Source: Phoronis australis
Taxonomy: Eukaryota; Animalia; Phoronida
DNA: 64,000 nt
Reading direction: 5' to 3'
Assembly: GCA_002633005.1 (NCBI GenBank)
Contig: NMRA01000747.1
Span: 60,657 to 124,656, forward strand
This document shows, in pieces, positions 27,301 through 42,300 of this stretch (its first letter is position 1; every line of letters starts with the position of its first letter). The position numbers were made by a program, and so were the translations under genes. Below the pieces are notes generated by a model. The model was given only the letters and a program-made list of their open reading frames with translations, was not told the origin of the DNA and did no database searches.

Positions 27301-30300
27301 AGTACGCCCCTGCTGCCCCGGTATTGTTGAGGACCAATACCATTTCTTTTTAATTGTAATGCATACACTGAACTTAGAGAAAGGTTCATAGACATGCATA
27401 ACTGTAAACCCTTCCGTATAAAAGTTCCTTCAATTGATGTCAACAAATGATTACGAACACCTCGTTAAACTTTGTAAATAGGTCATCTCGGCTTTTGAAC
27501 TTCGTGAGAACTTGTTACGACTTCAAATATCTAAAAGATGTACTTTCAAACAATGGGCCTATGACCTTTATTACTGAATGATTGATTGATATCAACAGAA
27601 TAGTCCCAACATGCAATATAAATAACTTTCTTCGTTGATTCTCAATTTTCGGAGCTCGTCATTACCTGCGAATAGTGAGCAGTGAGAGTTTTAGATAATT
27701 GTGATATGCGTTGTTTGCTCACTAACATGACTTGACCATCAAAAGTTTTGTCCAGCTTACTTGTTTAGTTTTCCAATTTACTTTAATTCGGAGATCTGTT
27801 AGAGCCGTCACCAAACAATGACACACTCTCACAGACTCGAACATAACTCCGACCGAAATTACACTGCGTTCAAGTATATGCTGTTGAACTTCAAATTATT
27901 TTCGTTCTGGAATGTTCTCATTTATTTCTCCTTTGCTTGTTAAAACAAATGAAATACCACTTTTTGCAGAGGATCAAGTGTACATGCCATCGGAAGAAGA
28001 TTTGGAGGAATACGTCCTGAATGACAAGGGTAAAATAGCTACGGGAAACTCACAACAGATTGGCCAAAGGGCATGGAACTTTGGTCAGGCAAGTCTTTTT
28101 CTGAGAATCTTGTGCAGGTTTCTAGTGAACATGTCTCTGTCATGCCATCTAGCGTTCAGGCAACAAACCGGGGATACGTTTCATGAAAGTTACTTCGGAC
28201 TAAAACAGAGATTTGGCCATTCGCTCCCATTCGCAATTGCAGAATAATGGTTAGCCCAAGTGGTTTAGAGTACATCACGGTCTAGAAATGATTTATAGAA
28301 AGTATCTCATTAAATGGCAGTTTTGAGTATAATTTCACAGGCTTTGCACTTTCGCGCGAGTGACATTTAATTGTTGTTCAGAAATGGCTTTGTGGAGCAT
28401 AAGACCAACTTTCTGTCTCAGGTTTAAAGTCACTTTTCAAGAAACGGACATCAGGCCTCTCTCAGGTCAAGTGATTACACACGCCTGCCTCATTAAACTC
28501 GGAGCATGTTTTTCACCACCAGACAACCCCCCCAGATATCATGCCAGCAAGACATGACTTAAAAATCGACTGTGAACCACCAACGCTAAATGAAACTTCA
28601 TTTGCTCTGAGACCAGACCATATCCCCCCAGAGGCAATACTGGCCGACATCCCTTCAACTGCAAAGTTATTGAACGACCTCTTCCACAAAGTATGGTAAG
28701 ATGAAACCTTCTCAGACGATTGGAAAGAAGGACACCTAACAAAATTACCCAAGAAAGGAGACCTTGGAAACTGTAACAGCCATCGAAGGATAACGCTGCT
28801 ATCAATACCAGGGAAAGTATTTAGTAGGATATCCTACAACGAATCAAGTTCAAGTGAGAAGAAAAACGTAGGGACCAACAAGCGGGTTTCAGGAAAGGCA
28901 GATCTTTCTCCGATCAGATAACAACGTTAAGAATCATTCTCGAACAATCCATGGAATGGAACTCTCCCCTATTGATCAATTTTGTGGACTTTGAAAAGGC
29001 ATATGACAGCCTCGACAAAAACTGGTTATGGAAGCTCATATGCCATTATGGCATCCCAGAAAAGATATTGACATAGGTCAAAAACATCTAAGAAGGAAGT
29101 AACTGCCGTGTTCTTCATGACGGTGAAATGACAGACCCATTTGAAATTAGAACAGGAGCAAGGCTGTCTTCTGTCACCTTTTCTTTTCAACCTAGTAATA
29201 GACTGGACAATGAGAGAGGTGACAACAGGCAGAGGAAACGGAATACAATGGACCCTATGGACACAGCTGACGCACATGACATTGCACTACTCTCTCACAC
29301 AGCAGGCCAAATGCGAAGGAAAACAGATGAACTGGACAGAACAGCAAGGAAGATTGGCCTTGTCATCAACAGTGGAAAAACAACAATTCTTAACTTAACC
29401 CCAGAGACAGAAACACCAATTGAAATAAATGGATCAATCCTGGAGGAAGTTGAACATTTCACATACCTTGGCAGCGAGATTGATAAAAAGGGGGGACCGA
29501 AGCTGACATACGAGCAAGAATTTCCAAAGCCAGAACTGCATTTTACCAACTAATGAAAGTATGGAAAGCTAGGAAACTCTCGCTGAAAACAAAATTGAGG
29601 TTGCTCAACTCAAACGTGAAATCAGCACTGTTATATGGGTCAGAGACCTGGACAAACACAAAAACAAACTTCAAGAGACTGCAAAAACTTTTGTCAATTC
29701 ATGCCTGAGAAAAATTTTGAGGATACAGTGACCAGAACGGATAAAAAATGAAGAATCGTGGTAAAGAACAGGACAGGACAGACACCAATGGACGCCGGAT
29801 TGGACATACCCTAAGAAGACCAACAAGTAGCACTTCCAGACACGCATTTAAGTGGAACCCACAGGGTAAACAAAATAGAAGCAGACCACGAATGACCTGG
29901 AGAAGATGCATCACCGAAGACATGGAGAGGTTGAGATACTCATGGAGACAACTAGAAGGAATCGCCCAAAACAGAACAGAATGGAAATCTCTGATTCGTG
30001 GCCTATACCCGGGTAGGGGTGACGGACATTGATGATGATGTTTTTCACCATAGTTTTAAAAGTGATTTCTAATTCGATAGCACAAAAGTTTAAAGTAGGA
30101 TCGAATTTTTATAATCATACCTTTGGTAAATGTGGAGATGATAAATTTCCGTAGTACGAAGCGGGATCTTAGAGAGAAACCCCGGAGGAAGTTGTGAAAT
30201 TTGTGGCGACTGAAGGACGAAAGTGATACTAGGGCCAGGGGCAGCTAGCTTAGAGTTTGACAAAGAGATGAGTTTCAATGAATTTTATCTCCCAAAGTGG

Positions 30301-33300
30301 TTGTAGGATCAACCCTGTGTTCTTATCTTCTTCTTTCTACATGTAGTTTGAAGAGCACGTTCTTCTCTGTGCTTCCTGGCTACTGGACAAGCGATCAGGC
30401 CTGCACTTGGAGATATCTCAGCGTGGGGACCCCGTTATGGTGTCGCGAGCAATCTCTTCTTTTGTAAGTTTAGTACGCTTTTACTCAATTATCTTCAGTC
30501 ACAGTCCTCACTTGCATGGCATGGATATTTTGTCAAGTGTAACTGGGATATTTTCCATAGAGAATCTCTGAACTTAAAAGAACTCGGGCTCGGACTCGAA
30601 ACGCAAGGTGGGATCAACAATTGGTCGGAATTCAAAACCAGTCGACTGGGCTGCAAAACTAAAATGGCCGGTTAGAAAACGTTTTGTCCGGATTTCAAAA
30701 TGCAATGGCCTCACCTCAAAAAATAGTTGGCTGATGGTGATAGCCAGTTGGCTAGTGATTTATTCGGCCATTGTGTGTGAGCATCGGCCAACCCGTTTTA
30801 GGTCCTGCCAATTTTTGAGTGCAGCCATTTGGTTTGAGGTACTGGACATCGCGTTTTGAGGTCCGACCACCAAGTTAGAACATTGGCCATTGGGTTTTGC
30901 AGTCCAGCCAGTTGTTTTTGAAGTCCGGGCAAGGTTTTTGCAGTCTGACCAATTGTTGATTGCCCCTTGAGACAACTACAACACAAAAACTTCTGTTCTG
31001 TCCAAGAAGTGAAATATGATTTAGACCACTTGCCTGGTATTATATTGTTCCGTACTCAGATGCTGGAAGTGGTTTCTGGGCTTGCAAATAGCTGACATTT
31101 CATTATTGGCCGTGACAGGCCAACCAGTTTTAGTGGCTCGTCTCAGGCCGCACAATAGAGCTTCCGGTTCTTTCGGAGCCCCGAAACCCCTCCTGAAGTT
31201 TGACCAAAGAACATTTTGACACTAGTTTCTTANCTAGTTTTATAACGGTAAATAGTCTAAATCAAAATTTGGTTTTTAGTGATGGAAGGTGGGCATCTAC
31301 AGAGCGCTAGAGTATCAAAAAATCATTTTTGAGAAGGTTGGGGAATCTTTTTAAAACTGAGTAAGCCGAGTGACCAGTCGCCTACTGTGCTTCGTATTCC
31401 ATCAAGTGGTGATACAAACGGACCGCGGCTGTCATCTCAAGAAGCTATTGTCAAAATTTTACAATTTGTGTGATTTTTATGTCTAGACCATTAAGCACTG
31501 CCCCTTTATACACGTGTCTGTACTCTTATTGAAGTCTGGCATTTCGTCAGTTCAAAAGTTTTCATATTTATTGCTCAACTTCGTTTTTTTGCCGCGGAAA
31601 ATGATTTACCAACCCTCAAAGTTATCTCAATGTACTGTACATTATTATTTTTTCTCAACAGTGCAATGAAGCCGACAACGGGGGAATCTTGATTGGTAAC
31701 TGGTCTGGTGATTACGAAGGGGGTACTAAGCCGACACTTTGGCTGGGAAGTGTGAAGATTCTCGACCAGTTCTGGAAAACGAAACAACCAGTGAAATACG
31801 GGCAGTGCTGGGTATTCTCTGGGATAGTGACTAGTGGTAATAAACATTCATAACTAAACCAGTAAGCCCATAGCTAGTTTCAAAGGTCCTAATTAATGGT
31901 TAAACATACAATGCTTAAAGGACAGCCTAATAGGGCCGTCCCCAGGATTACACACCGCTAAAATTCTCCTTTGTTTCGGAGATAAAAAAGCTCGTTGTTT
32001 TTACCTTGATCTAGTTTTAGAATGTTAGCATCATGTGGTGTTTACGAGACATGCCGCGCTGATGGGTGGCCGGGTTGTCACGCCCAGTCTCCATCCGAAA
32101 GGGCGTCATCTTCCGACTAATACCCTACAATATATTACTGTCCATTCTTGAACGGTTGGATTGAAAAGGTCGCAATCAACGAGACGTTTAACGAATTTTA
32201 ACCAAGTAGAAATGTTAGACTTTCGCACTGATCTACTGAAGTTAATATAACCAGGAAATTTATTCAATATTGCAGTTTGTCGAACGCTTGGAATACCGTG
32301 TCGAAGTGTAACAAATTTTAGTTCAGCTCACGACACAAACGAAAGCACCACTATCGACCACGTCATCGATGAAGATGGAGAGCCTGTAAAAAACGAAAAC
32401 TACGACTCAGTCTGGTGGGTTTCAAATTTCTAAAAACTTTTCCCGACACTCAAGTAAAAATTACTGGGAATACGCTATATCTTTTCTTGTTTACAGTTTT
32501 CTGTAATGTTTGACGACGTAGCACCAAAGGTAAAAAAGAGTGGGAAACCGTCTTCTGCACCCCCCAAAAAAACTAGTCAGTAAGACCACATAGTTACAGT
32601 TATCAAACTGGTCTCACGAGATGAAAATGATTTGTGAGCTTAGATACCTATGTTATATTAGTAAATGGTTTTAATCAAAACTAAGTTTTTGTCATAAGTA
32701 GATATGGATTCATAACAGCTTTTCTAAAGTATGTCATTATTACGAGGTCCCTGATACGTACGTCTGTCCTTTGATAGATAAAACGCAGCGCGATAACATC
32801 CGCTATGAGGTGATGGTGACCGGCAAGCCGTGGAATATCGAGATAGCTCCGTCTCGGACAACATTGCTTCCCCTCGGGCATATGAATTGATATGCCCCAG
32901 AGAGCAATCTATATATAATAATACCACTACCACTACTGATAGATCTTTCCTCCGATATCTTCATCTCTTGTAAGACTAGTATGTTTTTACCTGGTTTCAT
33001 ATTCTGTCACCATCTGCTCACTTTGTTTACATGATCTGGGTTTATATTTCCTGAAGCCAGTAATAGGTCCATATGAGGAATACTGATATCTGACGTCCGC
33101 CGGTGTAAATGGAAACTGATATTCCATGGCCAGTGAGTCAGCATTCGCCTCATGACAGAAGTTATCGTACTGCATTGTAACCAGAGGACAAAAACAACTG
33201 TGGTAGTGAAATATCAAAGTGCATTATACCCTGTTATTCTAGGAACTTCCATGTTTGGAATGACGTGTGGATGGCGCGTCCAGACTTGGAGTTTGGCTTT

Positions 33301-36300
33301 GGAGGTTGGCAGGCTATTGATGCCACTCCTCAAGAATTAAGCCAAGGTACGATTTTTTACGGGAAACCTATAATTAGGCGAGATTTTCAATGTTTATACG
33401 CAAATTCATATTTTTCTACCAGAAAAATGGATTTATGGTAAGTGGCTTTACGATTCTCATCATTGCGCGTTATTGCAACGCGAAATGACTTATTTTATAT
33501 GTTTTGCACGAAGTGGTCTGCGTGGTGTTACTTGACAATAGTCTCTAAGTGATTCTTAGCATCGTTGATGAAGCAAGTGAGTCAATCGTTCAGTTATTCA
33601 AATAGATGGCAAATTTTTCACGACACCTGTTAAATGTGCCGCAATCTAATTAAACGCTTTATTGATACCGGATGACAATGCGTGCGCATCCTAGAGCACA
33701 GAGTTGTGGTATACAATCTCCTGATCTTAAAGAGGCCTGGAACACGATAATCAGACAAAGGTGCATTATTGAAAGTGGTTCTTTGCCACTGAAATAGAAT
33801 TCAACCTACTCTCCAGGTATTTTCTTTTAGTTTCGAATTTCAAAAAAAAAACGATCTGTCAACTGCTCCCCACTTCGTCGATTTTTCGCCTACAGGGCAA
33901 ATCATGTCCCCTTATTTGGTATGGCAAGACATGAACACAACACATTTCCCCTATATGGAATATGTGACCTTTGACCTCAAGCTACTTCAAACAACTGACT
34001 GTGAGCGCATGTGCACATTTATCATAAATGGGAGGGAGATTAAAAACTGTGTGGTAACCACAGTTTCTCCTTCACGCGTATTTCAATAATGATGAATTTT
34101 GTGATTTGTTCTAAAATTTTCTCACAAGGGAAAGTGAATTACTCTGTGATAGACGTTGTGAGATAGTACTTTCATCAGGAATTGTTTGAGAAATATGTTT
34201 ATTGAGTTTTCGCGTTCCATGCCTCATTAAATTCAGAAAGTATCACGCAAGCGATCGTGTGCTCACCTTAGCTGCAAGCAGTTGATCTACAATAAATACT
34301 CTTTGTTCACACATACATGTATATGTAATAAACGAAACTTCCGGGTGCTTCAGTGAAATGTCACTAAAAATTAAATGACACATACAGTTGGTACAACTAC
34401 GTATGCTGGCAGTGTTATTTAGGGTGACAGCGATCCTTTAGTATACGCGACTTCTCTTGATATCAATATAAACGTTAACGCCAATTGCTATTCTAGCTAG
34501 ACGTTTGTTCCATAGAAGCGAAAGCGAAAGTTCTAGCAAGACCAGGCAGAATCACGCGAGTACCAATTGCGACTAGGCTATCGAAACCTTACTAGCACTC
34601 CCTAGTAAAACAGCGGTCACTGAAGTGATTGATCGGTATGGTTGGAATGTTGAATTATGGGATATAGAATTCAGAGTTTCTGTTCCATAAGCGAAGATAT
34701 CTTCGTGGGTGTGTTGGGTCTACAGAGCGCAGTCCCGATAGCTTCTTTGCAATTTGCGGGAACCAATGATTTGTAAAAGCTTTACATATGTCTGCAGGTG
34801 TGTACTGTGCTGGGCCTTCTCCGCTGAACGCCATCAAGAAGGGTTTGGTGGACATAAGCTATGATACAAAGTTTATATTTGCGGAAGTTAACGCCGACAG
34901 AATACGATGGATGAAGAAAAAGGACGGCAGTTACGACAGACTTTCGCGGGGCAAATACTACGAGAGAGCGTGCGTATATCATTGACAAACATTGCGATTG
35001 CCTTTCACACTGTTTCACTATCACGTTGCTTGCTTTAACACCATTTCAAGATAGATAGCGGTCTTTAACGAGATACACAAACGGAAGATAAGCCAATGTC
35101 AATCATTCAATTCCAGTTATTTGATACATTCTGGGCGTCAATCAATCAAGTGGATTTTTGACATTCTGTGACAACGGGAGTTGCCAGTTAATCACTGGTG
35201 TGTACATTTAATATTAAAAAATGAATAATGAAGGTAATCTTGAGTTAGTAGTTCTCAATCAGTTACTCGTCTATCAGTGCCGGGTTTATAATGTAAGGTA
35301 TCTGTAGTCAGTCATAAGTCCGGCGGCCCTGACAGTTTGAGTTACTTCCGGTCGCCATTTCGTTACCGTTGCCACGATTGCCGATCCCCTTACACCACTA
35401 TCTTTGTCAAATGAAAACTCTATCTTATTCCTCCCCTCAGTAGCCTCAATTTCGCCTAACGTAGCATCAGGCTTTACGAATGAGAGGGACCCAGGTCATT
35501 CATTGGTTATGCGACACAGTTCTCTACAATATAAAATCTCGAAACTGGACATAAGCGCCATGTAAAAATCGTTCTATTCTTTCTAGTGTTGGTACTTCGG
35601 TGAAGACGAAGACGCCTCATGTCGACCGAGGACTGGATAACATTACGCTCGAGTACAAGTTCAAGGAAGGCACAGACGAGGAAAGAGCTGCAGTGTACAT
35701 GGCAGCACGCAAGGCCGAGTCCGAGTACCCCATCTATGAACACACAGCAGAGGTAAGGCTTGTGTTGTCTCGACTCGCGTTGGAATGTAAAAGAACGCGT
35801 ATGGCGTAGCAACATAAGCAAATATTGAGTCTAAGTCGCAACACTTTGAGCAGAGCCCACTGCAGTCAGTCGGCCACTTACGTGCCTAGGCATTCCAAAT
35901 AGGAAAGCTGAAGAGTCTTCCGTGTATGGAACTGTTAGTTGCAGACATTTCTTCATTTTGCTACAGATATCTTTAAGCTGCTTTATCCCCAAAATTATCC
36001 GGTTATTATCGCCGTCCAAATAATTCACCTTAAATCAGGTATGCAACTTAAACAGTGACATGCAAAATAGTGCAAATTTAGAGTAATGAAATTATTTGTG
36101 AACTTTGGGTTAACATGAGTAGTTGCATAGATCTAAATTTCAATAGTAATCATAATAATAACTTTTGCAAGGGCACAACACCATTGATCAGTTTGCCGCC
36201 ATTGATATGAACGAAAATCGCTCAGAAACCGGCGCAAACATCGCGGGAAGTCGTCGCGATTCCTGCTTTTGGTATTAATTTCTCAATTGTTGCTCACTGC

Positions 36301-39300
36301 GGTAATTCTTCGCCAAACTGTTACCTTGGTCCTGATCTTTTTCACCATCAAGAGCAAAAAAGTTGATCGAACCCTTTCCAAGCCTCCTGGGTTATGAACG
36401 TGGTCGGGCCGATAGCTTTTAATTTGTACTGGATCAACTGAGGGAGAGGGCGGGTAGACAAAGGGTGGAAGAGCACGAATCCATGACAATAATGATGGAA
36501 AAGGGGGATGAAAACAAGGGTGTGAGTGAGACAACGAAAAGACAGAGATGAAAAAAACGTCTGTCAAGAATCTCAGCAGTATGTTAAGACGTTTCTTAGA
36601 GGAGGCAATGTGGCCTGGTTGATAAGTGCCCGCTTTCTTTACTTGAGGTCGTGGGTTCAAGCCCCACCATGTCACACTGCTAAACCCTTGAGCCAGGTTT
36701 CTAGCTCCTCAGCTCGGTTTTAACCATATATTAATAAAGCATAAAATATTTCCAGGTGATCAGTGCAATGGGCACACATGCGAGGCCTGCGCACGTCTGG
36801 TACAACGTGTATCAGACCGCCTGCAATTATTATTTTTAAGACGTTTCTTAGCTTCCAAGTCCATCAATCATATCCAAGGTTTTAGATTCGAATTGGTTAT
36901 ATCCGAGTTATCCTTCATGTTTCTTTCTATCTCTCTTCACTAGGATGTGGTGGTAGAGATAGTGGAAAGAGATCACATATTGATTGGAAGTCCATTTGAT
37001 ATCACGGTCAAGTTGACCAATGAAAGCCAAGAGAGGCGGGTCGTATCCGGCCACATCAAAGCTTTTGTGGCGCGATATACTGGTGTTGTTCTGGACGAGA
37101 TCGTGAGGAGAAATCATGATGACGTGGTACTGGAGCCCGGCGAAAGTAAGTGTGCATTCAACCACTGTAATCTGTAGTAAAAAATGTGCCATTAAATATG
37201 CATCAAAATGATTTTCTGAGAGAGGCATTCATCAGATAACATGCGGCACGTTAGCAATTAGATTATCTACTGAACCAGACTGACTGGGAACCTAAAACGT
37301 GTGTAAATCGCCAAGCCACCTGAGCTAAAATGCGTGTGGAAATTCTAAATAATTCTACATTTTCTTGCTTAGATTAATTTGCTAATATTAACTCTATAGC
37401 TGAACGTTGGTACGAAATAATGATCTGACCAGATCTGGGGCCAGAGAAACCATCGCCTACCTTATAGATAATTCGATCCTTGTTTTGTGAGATACGGTAG
37501 GTAGGGTATCACTTCCTAATTGCAATGTTCCATTGAAGTTGTTCCCACGGGTCCACCCCAAATCAGTACATCTAAGCCTTATTTTGACGCTCTTAAGGTG
37601 CATTTATGTCTTCTCCACATGACAAGGTAACGCTAACGGCATAATAGCAAACAAAGAATGATGGCGGTGCTGCATGATTCCCGGCGTGCGTTCAGTAGAC
37701 GCTAGGACCTACGCTAGGACCTAGCTAAAATCTAGTCAAAGTCACGTGTTCTCATTTAAAATACACGGCAATATCTCACGTAATCTCGTGAAGTCTTGCT
37801 TTTTAGCGAGGTCCTAGCGTTACTGAACGGGAGGCTGGTCTCTAGTTTTTATATGAGTCACGGCTCGATTTTTGAACAGCGTTTCAGACTGATAATGTAT
37901 TTTAATAGGCAAAGAGCTGACTGTTGATGTAACATTTGACGACTACTACTCCAAGCTTGTTGAACAAGCCAGCATAAANNNNNNNNNNNNNNNNNNNNNN
38001 NNNNNNNNNNNNNNNNNNNNNNNNNNNNNNNNNNNNNNNNNNNNNNNNNNNNNNNNNNNNNNNNNNNNNNNNNNNNNNNNNNNNNNNNNNNNNNNNNNNN
38101 NNNNNNNNNNNNNNNNNNNNNNNNNNNNNNNNNNNNNNNNNNNNNNNNNNNNNNNNNNNNNNNNNNNNNNNNNNNNNNNNNNNNNNNNNNNNNNNNNNNN
38201 NNNNNNNNNNNNNNNNNNNNNNNNNNNNNNNNNNNNNNNNNNNNNNNNNNNNNNNNNNNNNNNNNNCTCGAAACTGGACATAAGCGCCATGTAAAAATCG
38301 TTCTATTCTTTCTAGTGTTGGTACTTCGGTGAAGACGAAGACGCCTCATGTCGACCGAGGACTGGATAACATTACGCTCGAGTACAAGTTCAAGGAAGGC
38401 ACAGACGAGGAAAGAGCTGCAGTGTACATGGCAGCACGCAAGGCCGAGTCCGAGTACCCCATCTATGAACACACAACAGAGGTAAGGCTTGTGTTGTCTC
38501 GACTCGCGTTGGAATGTAAAAGAACGTGTATGGCGTAGCAACATAAGCAAATATTGAGTCTAAGTCGCAACACTTTGAGCAGAGCCCACTGCAGTCAGTC
38601 GGCCACTTACGTGCCTAGGCATTCCAAATAGGAAAGCTGAAGAGTCTTCCGTGTATGGAACTGTTAGTTGCAGACATTTCTTCATTTTGCTACAGATATC
38701 TTTAAGCTCGCTTTATCCCCAAAATTATCCGGTTATTATCGCCGTCCAAATAATTCACCTTAAATCAGGTATGCAACTTAAACATTGACATGCAAAATAG
38801 TGCAAATTTAGAGTAATGAAATTATTTGTGAACTTTGGGTTAACATGAGTAGTTGCATAGATCTAAATTTCAAAAGTAATCATAATAATAACTTTTGCAA
38901 GGGCACAACACCATTAAGCAATTTGCCGCCATTGATATGAACGAAAATCGCTCAGAAACCGGCGCAAACATCGCGGGAAGTCGTCGCGATTCCTGCTTTT
39001 GGTATTAATTTCTCAATTGTTGCTCACTGCGGTAATTCTTCGCCAAACTGTTACATTGGTCCTGATCTTTTTCACCATCAAGAGCAAAAGATTTGATCGA
39101 ACCCTTTCCAAGCCTCCTGAGTTATGAACGTGGTCGGGCCGATTGCTTTTAATTTGTGCTGGATCAACTGAGGGAGAGGGCGGGTAGACAAAGGGTGGAA
39201 GAGCACGAATCCGTGACAATAATGATGGAAAAGGGGAATAAAAACAAGGGTGTGAGTGAGACCACGAAAAGACAGAGATGAAAAAAAGTCTCTCAAGAGT

Positions 39301-42300
39301 CTCAGCAGTATGTTAAGACGTTTCTTAGAGGAGGCAATGTGGCCTGGTTGATAAGTGCTCGCTTTCTTTACTTGATGTCGTGGGTTCAAGTCCCACCATG
39401 TCACACTGCTAAACCCTTGAGCCAGGTTTCTAGCTCCTCAGCTCCTTTTTAACCATATATTAGTAAAGCATAAAATATTTCCAGGTGATCAGTGAAATGG
39501 GCACACATGCGAGGCCTGCGCACGTCTGGTACAACGTGTATCAGACCGTCTGCAATTATTATTTTTAAGACGTTTCTTAGCTTCCAAGTCCATCAATCAT
39601 ATCCAAGGTTTTAGATTCGAATTGGTTATATCCGAGTTATCCTTCATGTTTCTTCCTGTCTCTCTTCACTAGGATGTGGTGGTCGAGATAGTGGAAAGAG
39701 ATCACATATTGATTGGAAGTCCATTTGATATCACGGTCAAGTTGACCAATGAAAGCCAAGAGAGGCGGGTCGTATCCGGCCACATCAAAGCTTTTGTAGC
39801 GCGATATACTGGTGTTGTTTTGGACGAGATTGTGAGGAGAAATCATGATGACGTGGTACTGGAGCCCGGCGAAAGTAAGTGTGCATTCAACCGCTGTAAT
39901 CTGTAGTAAAAGATGTGACATTAAATATGCATCAAAATGATTTTCTGAGAGAGGCGTTCATCAGATAACATGCGGCACGTTAGCAATTAGATTATCTACT
40001 GAACCAGACTGACTGGGAACCTAAAACGTGTGTAAATCGCCAAGCCACCTGAGCTAAAATGCGTGTTGAAATTCTAAATAATTCTACGTTTTCTTGCTTA
40101 GATTAATTTGCTAATATTAACTCTATAGCTTAACGTTGGTACGAAATAATGATCTGACCAGAGGTAGGGCCAGAGAAACCATCGCCTACCTTATAGATAA
40201 TTCGATCCTTGTTTTGTGAGATGCGGTAGGTAGGGTATCAATCCGTAATTGTAATGTTCCATTAAAGTTGTTCCCACGGGTCCACCCCAGATCAGTACAT
40301 CTAAGCCTTGTTTTGACGCTCTTAAGGTGCATTTATGTCTTCTCCACATGACAAGGTAACGCTAAAGGCATAATGAGCAAACAAAGAATGATGGCGGTGC
40401 TGCATGATTCCCGGCGTGCGTTCAGTAGACGCTAGGACCTACGCTAGGACCTAGCTAAAATCTAGTCAAAGCCACGTGTTCTCATTTGAAATACACGGCA
40501 ATATCTCACGTAATCTCGTGAAGTCTTGCTTTTTAGCGAGGTCCGAGCGTTACTGAAAGGGAGGCTGGTCTCTAGTTTTTATATGAGTCACGGCTCGATT
40601 TTTGAACAGCGTTTCAGACTGATAATGTATTTTAACAGGCAAAGAGCTGACTGTTGATGTAACATTTGACGACTACTACTCCAAGCTTGTTGAACAAGCC
40701 AGCATAAAGCAGAGCGTGTTCATGAGGGTACATGACACCAAACAGATCCTCAACGAAGTGATCAACTTCCGGTTGCGTAGACCAGATGTAACACTGGAGG
40801 TGAGTTGACTTTTCCGGATTTTTGCTCGAAGTTTTTACTCGTGACTAAATATCTGTTTTCAACTCTACCAAATAGAATCAAATAATGTTCTATCCTGGAC
40901 TCGATTGGAAAATTGACCAACGGTCCCTTGTCTGAGGTGATTGAAGTTTATTTGTAATGGCTGTCAGGTCCTGACTTGTTTTCTGGTATACCATACATCT
41001 AGATGACGTCGATAATGTTCATAAATATTTCCAGGTATAATCGAAATATCTCAATTTCTATTAACAAATACTGGTCATCTGGAAGACGCCTCAAAGCTCA
41101 TTAGACGTTTTTCCAAGCATTGTTACTGTTTGTAGGTTGTAGGCTCATGTCACGTGGGCGAGGAAGCCGAATGCGTAGCGATACTTCAAAATCCACTGCC
41201 CAGACCTCTCACAAACTGTGCCTTTGATTTTGAGGGACCTGGTGGATTACAGATTCCACCGCGTGTTGAACTAAGGTATGGGAAGTTTCCCGGAATTTTA
41301 ATATTGTTGTTCATTCATTTTGGCGCACGCTTCTTTATTTGCTAAACCGCTGAAGGATTATTATTAGCATTGGCCAAAGTGTTCGTGATGAGAAAACCAC
41401 GGCTGACGTGAACGGATGCGCTGCAAGGGCGCTCCCTTAAAGTATTTTTTTTCGTCCGTAACTGTATCCTCTTAATCCTTAAGAGGATCTCTGTGAAGTT
41501 TGACAAGCGTTTTCCCATGAATGTGACAAAGGCCGGCAACGACTTTTCCACGGAACAGATTACCGCTGTGTCCCCTAGTGGCAGCTTTAGCTTGTACACT
41601 TGCATCTGTATCTGCAGTGGTCCTTGGCATTTTTTCAAGTACTTTACAAAATAGATTTCAGTTATTGATACGACAGCGCCCTTCCATTTCGGGACGGATT
41701 TGACATATTTTTACCAACTTTTTATTATTTTACACTATTTGCGACTGTATTTCTGAAACCCTTTACAGGATATTTGTGACAGTTCTCATTCCCACTAACT
41801 TTTACATTTGCCTCTACATTTTTCGAGTTCCTCAACGGATTTTCCGAAATGTGTCAAACAACTTGCTGTTAGTAAGACGGCAACGCCTTCTTATTTTCAG
41901 ACAAGCTCGACTTATTCTGCAAAGCCTTTTGATCATTTTATGATACTCACTAACAACCCTTTAAGTTGTCCATTTGCGCTGCTGTCGTAGGCGCATTTCA
42001 ATGCTTTACGTGTTGCTTTTGTTCACTTTTTTGTATCTGAAAAACACAGAGTGAAAGATGATAATTGCTTAATCAATTAATTAGCGGCAGGTGTCGCTGA
42101 ACCCAAGACTAAATTACAGGGGGATGTTCTTCTTTCAGTAATTCATATAGTAAACATTTTAAAATACTAAAAGCATAATAAAACCTAGATGAAATGGTTT
42201 CAGTGATACTAGAAACCATAATATACTTCAAAACGCCACGGAATTAGTCGCGTGCCGTGGGTTTCGGACGTACAATTTCCGAGATCGAATCACGGTCGGA

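Larger units (their letters stand above)
35538..40708. repeat. 2.44-kb tandem duplication (35538..37978 and 38267..40708) flanking an N gap; probable haplotype assembly artefact
   Basis: Copy 1 ends and copy 2 starts exactly at gap 37979..38266; only scattered SNPs and small indels differ. Confidence 0.9.

Noticed and set aside
32700-32940. Possible Crypton-like terminal fragment in a transglutaminase intron
   Set aside because: The resemblance is only impressionistic, and termini could not be defined.
36600-36680. Genuine tRNA gene
   Set aside because: No complete cloverleaf; the body, tail and 16-bp TSD identify it as a SINE.
37858-38550. 230-aa and 114-aa minus-strand ORFs
   Set aside because: They read through the N gap and are antisense to transglutaminase exons.
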